Shown piece after piece: positions 27,300 through 32,000 of a DNA stretch of 32,000 nt. Source of the stretch: Horticoccus luteus (lineage in GTDB: Bacteria > Verrucomicrobiota > Verrucomicrobiia > Opitutales > Opitutaceae); the NCBI RefSeq assembly GCF_019464535.1, contig NZ_CP080507.1, positions 1,320,001-1,352,000 of the forward strand, written 5' to 3'. Under the pieces are notes generated by a model. The model was given only the letters and a program-made list of their open reading frames with translations. It did no database searches and was not told the DNA's origin. Made by a program: the position numbers and the translations under genes. Position 1 is the first letter of the stretch. The number at the start of each line of letters is the position of its first letter.

Positions 27300-28736
27300 A
27301 TGAAATTGAATCCACGCGCGACGGCGGCTCTGCGGCGCAAGCTCGGGGCGAAAGTGGTGCTGACGGACGAGGCGTCGTGTTACGCGGCGTCGTTCGACAG
27401 CAGTAAAATTTCGTTTCTGCCGGAGGCGGTGATCAAGCCGCGGAAAGAGGCGGAGGTCGGCGTGGTGCTGACGCTGGCGAACCGGCACGGTGTGCCGGTG
27501 ACGGTGCGGGGGCGGGGCACGACGTTGACGGGCGCAGCGGCGCCGATGGCGGGCGGCTGGGTGATCGACATGCGCTCGCTGGCGGACATTCGGATCGAAA
27601 CGGACGCGGGGCTCGCGGAGGTGCAGGCGGGCGCGGTGGTCGGCGACATCCAGCGCGCGGCGGAGGCGCAGGGATGGTTTTATCCCCCGGATCCGTCGTC
27701 GAAGGAGTATTGCACGATCGGCGGCAACATCGCGTGCAACGCGGGCGGGATGCATGGCGGAAAATACGGCGTGACGCGCGATTTCGTGGTGGCGTTGCGG
27801 GGATTTTTGCCGACGGGCGAGGCGGTGACGTGGGGGACGGCGACGAAGAAATTCGCGGCGGGATTCAATCTGCGCGATTTGTGGATCGGGAGCGAAGGCA
27901 TGCTGGGCGTCGTGACGGGCGCGGTGTTGAAGTTGATTCCGCAGCCGGCGGAGCGGTGGACGTTGCTGACCTCGTTCAAGGATGAAGAGCAGGCGTTGAC
28001 GGCGGCGCTGGCGTTGTTTCGGGCGCGCGTGCAGCCGGCGATCTGCGAATTTCTGGATGCGGACAGCGTGCGTTGCGCGGAGAGCGCGACGAAGCAGGCG
28101 GTGTTTGCCGGGCAGGCGGGGCGGCCGGTGATCCTGCTGGAGCTCGCGGGCGGAAAGAGCGAAGTGCGGGAATTGAAGCGGACGGTGCTGGCGTGGGCGG
28201 CGGAGCAGGCGACGGCGCATCGCGCGGCGAAAACGCGGGCGGAAGCGGAGCAGTTGTGGGCGGTGCGACGGAAGTGCTCGGGCGCGATGTTCGAACTGGG
28301 CGACGCGAAACTGAACGAGGATGTCGTGCTGCCGATGCGGAGTTATCTGGCGTTCATCCGGTTTTTGGCGGCGTTAAAGCGGGAGTCAGGTTTGCCGATT
28401 CCGACGTTCGGGCACGTGGCGGACGGCAATCTGCACGTGAACATCATGTATCATCGCGCGATCCCGGCGGAGGAGCGGGCGGCGGAGAAAGCGGTGCAGC
28501 GGCTGATGCGCACGGTCGTGGAATTGGGCGGGGCGATTTCGGGTGAGCACGGCATCGGGCTCGCGAAGACGCCGTTTTTGCGGATTCAGCACAACGCGGC
28601 GGAGGTGCGCGCGATGCAGGCGGTGAAAACGGCGCTCGACCCGCAGGGGATTCTCAATCCGGGAAAGATGTTCGACGTCGTGCGCATCTGGAAGTTTGCG
28701 CGCGAACAGGTGAAGTTGCCGTGGGATCACAAATGA
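27300..28736 (+). CDS. FAD-linked oxidase (GlcD / D-lactate dehydrogenase family)
   Basis: FAD-binding PCMH-type N-terminus (PEAVIKPRKEAEVGVVLTLANRHGVPVTVRGRGTTLTG), ...TIGGNIACNAGG..., and C-terminal GGAISGEHGIGLAK...DPQGILNPGK. Start trimmed to the ATG at 27300. Confidence 0.88.
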   Translation: MKLNPRATAALRRKLGAKVVLTDEASCYAASFDSSKISFLPEAVIKPRKEAEVGVVLTLANRHGVPVTVRGRGTTLTGAAAPMAGGWVIDMRSLADIRIETDAGLAEVQAGAVVGDIQRAAEAQGWFYPPDPSSKEYCTIGGNIACNAGGMHGGKYGVTRDFVVALRGFLPTGEAVTWGTATKKFAAGFNLRDLWIGSEGMLGVVTGAVLKLIPQPAERWTLLTSFKDEEQALTAALALFRARVQPAICEFLDADSVRCAESATKQAVFAGQAGRPVILLELAGGKSEVRELKRTVLAWAAEQATAHRAAKTRAEAEQLWAVRRKCSGAMFELGDAKLNEDVVLPMRSYLAFIRFLAALKRESGLPIPTFGHVADGNLHVNIMYHRAIPAEERAAEKAVQRLMRTVVELGGAISGEHGIGLAKTPFLRIQHNAAEVRAMQAVKTALDPQGILNPGKMFDVVRIWKFAREQVKLPWDHK

Positions 28737-28805
28737 GGGCGGGGCCGGGGTGGCAGGGCGCAGGCGGCCATTGACCCGCGCGCGGGATTGGCGTTTACCA
28801 AACCG

Positions 28806-29891
28806 ATGGCCGAATCACTCACCGTGCAGTTGCAGGAGCGGAGCTACGAACTCCACTTCGGCGTCGATTTGACGACGGACGTGCAGGCGCGGGTGGCCGC
28901 TTTGACGGCGGGCGGCGGCCGCGTGGCGGTGGTGACGGACCGGCATCTGGCGGAGGCGCAGGGAGCGCGGCTGGCGGCGATGTTTGGCGCGGCGCCGCAG
29001 ATCGTGCTGGAGCCGGGCGAGGAAACCAAATCGCTCGCGGAGCTGGGGCGGGTGCTGGAGTTTTTGGCGACGGCGCAGCTGGATCGCGGCAGCACGGTGT
29101 TTGCCGTGGGCGGCGGCGTGGTGGGCGATCTGGCGGGGTTTGCGGCGGCGGCGTATTTGCGCGGCGTGGCGTTTGTGCAGATTCCGACGACGCTGCTGGC
29201 GATGGTGGACAGTTCGGTCGGAGGGAAAACGGGGGTGAATCTGGCGGCGGGCAAGAATCTCGCGGGGGCGTTTCACCAACCGGCGGCCGTGTATGTTGCG
29301 ACGGATTTTCTGGCGACGCTGCCGACGCGGGAGTTTGCCGCGGGAATGGCGGAGGTGATCAAATACGGGTTGCTCGGCGATGCGGAATTATGGCGGCAAC
29401 TGGAGCGCGAACCGTTGACGGTGCAGAGTCCGGCGCTCGCGGCGACGATCCGGCGGTGTTGCGCGTTGAAGGCGAAAATCGTGGAGGCGGATGAACGGGA
29501 GCTGGCGCGCGAAGGCGGGCGGGCGTTGTTGAATCTTGGGCACACGTTCGGCCATGCGATCGAGCAGGCGACGGCTTACGGGACGTATCTGCACGGCGAG
29601 GCGGTGGCGATCGGGTTGTGCGCGGCGGCGCGGTTGTCGCAGCGACTGGGCTATTTGACGGCCGCGGAAACGGGGCGTGTCGATGCGGTGGTGGCGGCGC
29701 ACGGGCTGCCGGTGAAGTTGCGGGAATCGCTGCCGATGGCGGATCTGCTCGCCGCGATGGCGCGCGACAAAAAAGTGCGCGGCGGGCTGCCGCGGTTTGT
29801 GGTGATGAAAACCCTGGGCGAGGCGGCGACGCAGGGCGGGATCGCGCCGGCGTTTGTCGAGGCGGCGTTTCGCGAAGTCGGCGCGGCGTAG
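28806..29891 (+). CDS. aroB: 3-dehydroquinate synthase
   Basis: GGGVVGDLAGFAAAAYLRGVAFVQIPTTLLAMVDSSVGGKTGVN and LNLGHTFGHAIE motifs. ATG at 28806 preferred over the TTG at 28788. Confidence 0.92.
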   Translation: MAESLTVQLQERSYELHFGVDLTTDVQARVAALTAGGGRVAVVTDRHLAEAQGARLAAMFGAAPQIVLEPGEETKSLAELGRVLEFLATAQLDRGSTVFAVGGGVVGDLAGFAAAAYLRGVAFVQIPTTLLAMVDSSVGGKTGVNLAAGKNLAGAFHQPAAVYVATDFLATLPTREFAAGMAEVIKYGLLGDAELWRQLEREPLTVQSPALAATIRRCCALKAKIVEADERELAREGGRALLNLGHTFGHAIEQATAYGTYLHGEAVAIGLCAAARLSQRLGYLTAAETGRVDAVVAAHGLPVKLRESLPMADLLAAMARDKKVRGGLPRFVVMKTLGEAATQGGIAPAFVEAAFREVGAA

Positions 29892-29904
29892 GGGCGATCC
29901 GGAC

Positions 29905-30543
29905 ATGTCGGCCATCGACGAAGGCATTGTTCGGGAATATTTCGAACAGAACGGCTTTCTCGTGCGGCAGGTGCGGAAATATCAAGTGCAGTCGCGCAAA
30001 AAGACGGGCGACGAGGAGATCGATCTCGTGGTCTACAACCCGGCGTGGTCGCGGGAAGCGCGCCGGCCGGATTTTTTCCTCTTCGCGAGCGAGCTGCCGT
30101 TGATCCAGCGCGCGGTGGTGTCGATCAAGCCGTGGCACACGAATGTGTTTACGCCCGGCATGCTGCGCAGCAGTCCGGAGATTTTCGCGTTTCTCGCGGC
30201 GCAGGTGCAGAAGGAGGCGACGCGGTTCTTTTCGGCGGCATCGATCGAGGCGGAGGGCGGGGAATTGCTGAAGGTGCTCGTGCTGCCGAGCCTGCCGACG
30301 GCGGAGCCGTTTCGCTCGCAGAGCGTGGAGTTGCTGAAGGAGCGCGGTGTGGACGCGATCATCTCATTTCGCGCGATGTTGCTGGACCTGCTGGAAGCGG
30401 TGGAAGTGAACCAGAATTACAGCAAGAGCGACACGTTGCAGGTGTTGCGGCTGTTGAAGAATTACGACCTCGTGAAGGACGTGCAGCTCGACATGTTTCC
30501 GGAGCGGGCGGCGCGCAAACCACGACCGCAAATTTCCCCATGA
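29905..30543 (+). CDS. Uncharacterised protein (212 aa) with a PD-(D/E)xK nuclease-like N-terminal domain (inference)
   Basis: ATG at 29905, 13 nt after the aroB stop; its stop overlaps the lpxA start (ATGA at 30540-30543). The N-terminus reads EGIVREYFEQNGFLV...GDEEIDLVVYN...AVVSIKPWH, which resembles the E / (E)ID / x-K core of restriction-endonuclease-fold proteins such as YraN. The C-terminal half matches no family I recognise. Confidence 0.6.
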   Translation: MSAIDEGIVREYFEQNGFLVRQVRKYQVQSRKKTGDEEIDLVVYNPAWSREARRPDFFLFASELPLIQRAVVSIKPWHTNVFTPGMLRSSPEIFAFLAAQVQKEATRFFSAASIEAEGGELLKVLVLPSLPTAEPFRSQSVELLKERGVDAIISFRAMLLDLLEAVEVNQNYSKSDTLQVLRLLKNYDLVKDVQLDMFPERAARKPRPQISP

Positions 30544-31292
30544 TTCATCCTACGGCGATCATCGAAGCAGGCGCGCAATTGGGCGCGGAGTGCGAAGTGC
30601 AAGCGTATGCCGTGGTGACGCGGCACGCGGTGCTCGGCGATCGCGTGATCGTGGGGTCCTTTGCGGTGATCGGCGGCGATCCGCAGCACCTGACCTTTGA
30701 CCGGAGGATGGCGACGCAAGCGATCATCGGCGCCGGCACGGTGTTGCGGGAGCACGTGACGGTGAACCGCTCGATCTACGCCGATGGTCGCACCGTCGTG
30801 GGCGAGAATTGTTATCTGATGACGGCGGCGCACGTCGCGCACGATTGTGTGATCGGCAACCATGTCGTGGTGGCGAACAACGTAATGCTGGCGGGCCACA
30901 CGAGCGTGGGAGCGCACACGTTTGTCGGCGGCGGGGTGGCGGTGCATCAATTCACCCGCATCGGCGAGGGCGCGATGATCAGTGGCGTGGCGCGCGTGGC
31001 GCGCGATGCGGCGCCGTTTACCATGGTGGCGGAGCGCGACGAAGTGATCGGGCTGAATCTGGTGGGACTGCGGCGGCGGGGCGTGCCGCGCGCAAGCGTC
31101 GCAGAGTTAAAAACGGCGTTTCGCGAGGTGTATTTCACGGCCGGTAACATCCGGGAGACGGCGGCGCGGGCGCTGGAACAGGGGACGTATCAGACGCCGG
31201 AAGCGAGGCGGTTTCTGGAGTTTTTCACCTCGGGGAAGCGGGGCTTTGCGCGGGCCCGGCGGGAAGGTGGCGAAGAAGAGGCGCAGGAATGA
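30540..31292 (+). CDS. lpxA: Acyl-ACP--UDP-N-acetylglucosamine O-acyltransferase
   Basis: MIHPTAIIEAGAQLG start, left-handed beta-helix hexapeptide repeats, and the LpxA C-terminal helical domain (GLNLVGLRRRG...AFREVYF). Confidence 0.9.
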   Translation: MIHPTAIIEAGAQLGAECEVQAYAVVTRHAVLGDRVIVGSFAVIGGDPQHLTFDRRMATQAIIGAGTVLREHVTVNRSIYADGRTVVGENCYLMTAAHVAHDCVIGNHVVVANNVMLAGHTSVGAHTFVGGGVAVHQFTRIGEGAMISGVARVARDAAPFTMVAERDEVIGLNLVGLRRRGVPRASVAELKTAFREVYFTAGNIRETAARALEQGTYQTPEARRFLEFFTSGKRGFARARREGGEEEAQE

Positions 31293-32000
31293 GGCGCGTG
31301 GATTCGGGCGTGCAACGACTGGTTTTCACGTGTGGCGATCCGGCCGGTGTCGGGCCGGAGATCATCGCGGCGTGGCTGCGTGCGCATCCCGCGGAGGCGG
31401 CGGACGTGGCGGTGGTGGGTCCGGCGAAGTGGCTGGAGACGTTGCCCGGGTGTGGGGCGAAGATCACCGTGGGGTTGCCGGAATTTCACGCGACGCCGGG
31501 CGTGCCCACGGGGGAAGGCGCGCTCGTGGCGTGGGCGGCGATGGAACGCGCGGCGGCGGGGTGCAGCACAGGGGAATTCGCCGCGGTCGTGACGGCGCCA
31601 GTGAGCAAATTGCAGTTGGCGGAGATCGGTTATCCGTATCCGGGGCAGACGGAGTTTTTCGCCGCGCGCTGGGGGGGGGAGCCAGTCATGGCGTTTTGCG
31701 GTGGGCAGCTGCGCGTGGCGCTGGCGACGTGGCATGTGCCGCTGGTGGAAGTGCCGCAGTTGCTGGGGCCGCAGATGTTGCGGCGAACGATTGCGGCCGC
31801 GGATGCGCTGGCGCGGGCGGAAGGCGTGGCGGATCCGCGAATCGGCGTGTGCGGGTTGAATCCGCACGCCGGCGAGGGAGGCGTGCTGGGCAGGGAGGAA
31901 TGCGAGCTGATCGATCCGGCGTTGGATCAGATCCGGCGCGATTTCCCGGGTGTGTCGCGCTGCCAGCCCGGCGATACGTTGTTCGCGCGCCAGTTGCGCG
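31289..32000 (+). CDS. pdxA: 4-hydroxythreonine-4-phosphate dehydrogenase, 3'-truncated by the window edge
   Basis: Not in the ORF track because it has no in-window stop. Hand translation from the ATG at 31289 (ATGA overlap with the lpxA stop): MRRVDSGVQRLVFTCGDPAGVGPEIIAAWL...APVSKLQLAEIGYPYPGQTEFFA...ALATWHVPL...GLNPHAGEGGVLGREE.... The frame stays open to base 32000. Confidence 0.88.
   Translation, partial: MRRVDSGVQRLVFTCGDPAGVGPEIIAAWLRAHPAEAADVAVVGPAKWLETLPGCGAKITVGLPEFHATPGVPTGEGALVAWAAMERAAAGCSTGEFAAVVTAPVSKLQLAEIGYPYPGQTEFFAARWGGEPVMAFCGGQLRVALATWHVPLVEVPQLLGPQMLRRTIAAADALARAEGVADPRIGVCGLNPHAGEGGVLGREECELIDPALDQIRRDFPGVSRCQPGDTLFARQLR

Overview
This is a very GC-rich, densely coded bacterial chromosomal segment. 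It comes from a diderm (lpxA is present); Verrucomicrobiota/Opitutales-like is only a guess. I support about 33 protein genes and found no rRNA, tRNA, CRISPR array, transposase or integrase.

Gene organisation:
- Minus-strand block 1: birA, then an ABC ATPase, ABC-2 permease, GldG-like protein, DUF4340-like protein, and a large membrane protein that runs off the left edge. That last gene is missing from the ORF track.
- A mixed stretch: a small conserved protein, a secreted protein, a cupin, proA, a PfkB kinase and a small unknown protein.
- A standalone 5'-3' exonuclease and an orphan OmpR-type response regulator.
- Minus-strand block 2: HIT-phoH-pgpH-ybeY.
- TetR-fabF paralogue, followed by an exosortase, then rluE on the opposite strand.
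- Plus-strand genes: MDR oxidoreductase, S26-like peptidase, DUF748-like protein and a GlcD-like oxidase.
- A tightly coupled aroB-unknown-lpxA-pdxA set; pdxA runs off the right edge and is also missing from the ORF track.

Most of the window is ordinary housekeeping DNA, and I see no recognisable defence or mobile system.

Items worth a second look:
1. An AT-richer islet of about 0.9 kb (22.95-23.86 kb). It carries a SAM-methyltransferase split by a +1 frameshift in a G6 run, followed by about 260 nt of structured non-coding DNA.
2. An uncharacterised protein with a PD-(D/E)xK-nuclease-like N-terminus, wedged between aroB and lpxA and translationally coupled to lpxA.
3. A signal-peptidase-like protein whose general-base position appears to be His, as in Sec11/SipW-type enzymes.
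4. A TetR-linked second KAS II next to an orphan exosortase.
5. A YbeY whose third zinc-ligand His is Asp.

Many long Gly/Arg/Ala/Glu-rich ORFs in the track are antisense artefacts of the high GC content and were rejected.
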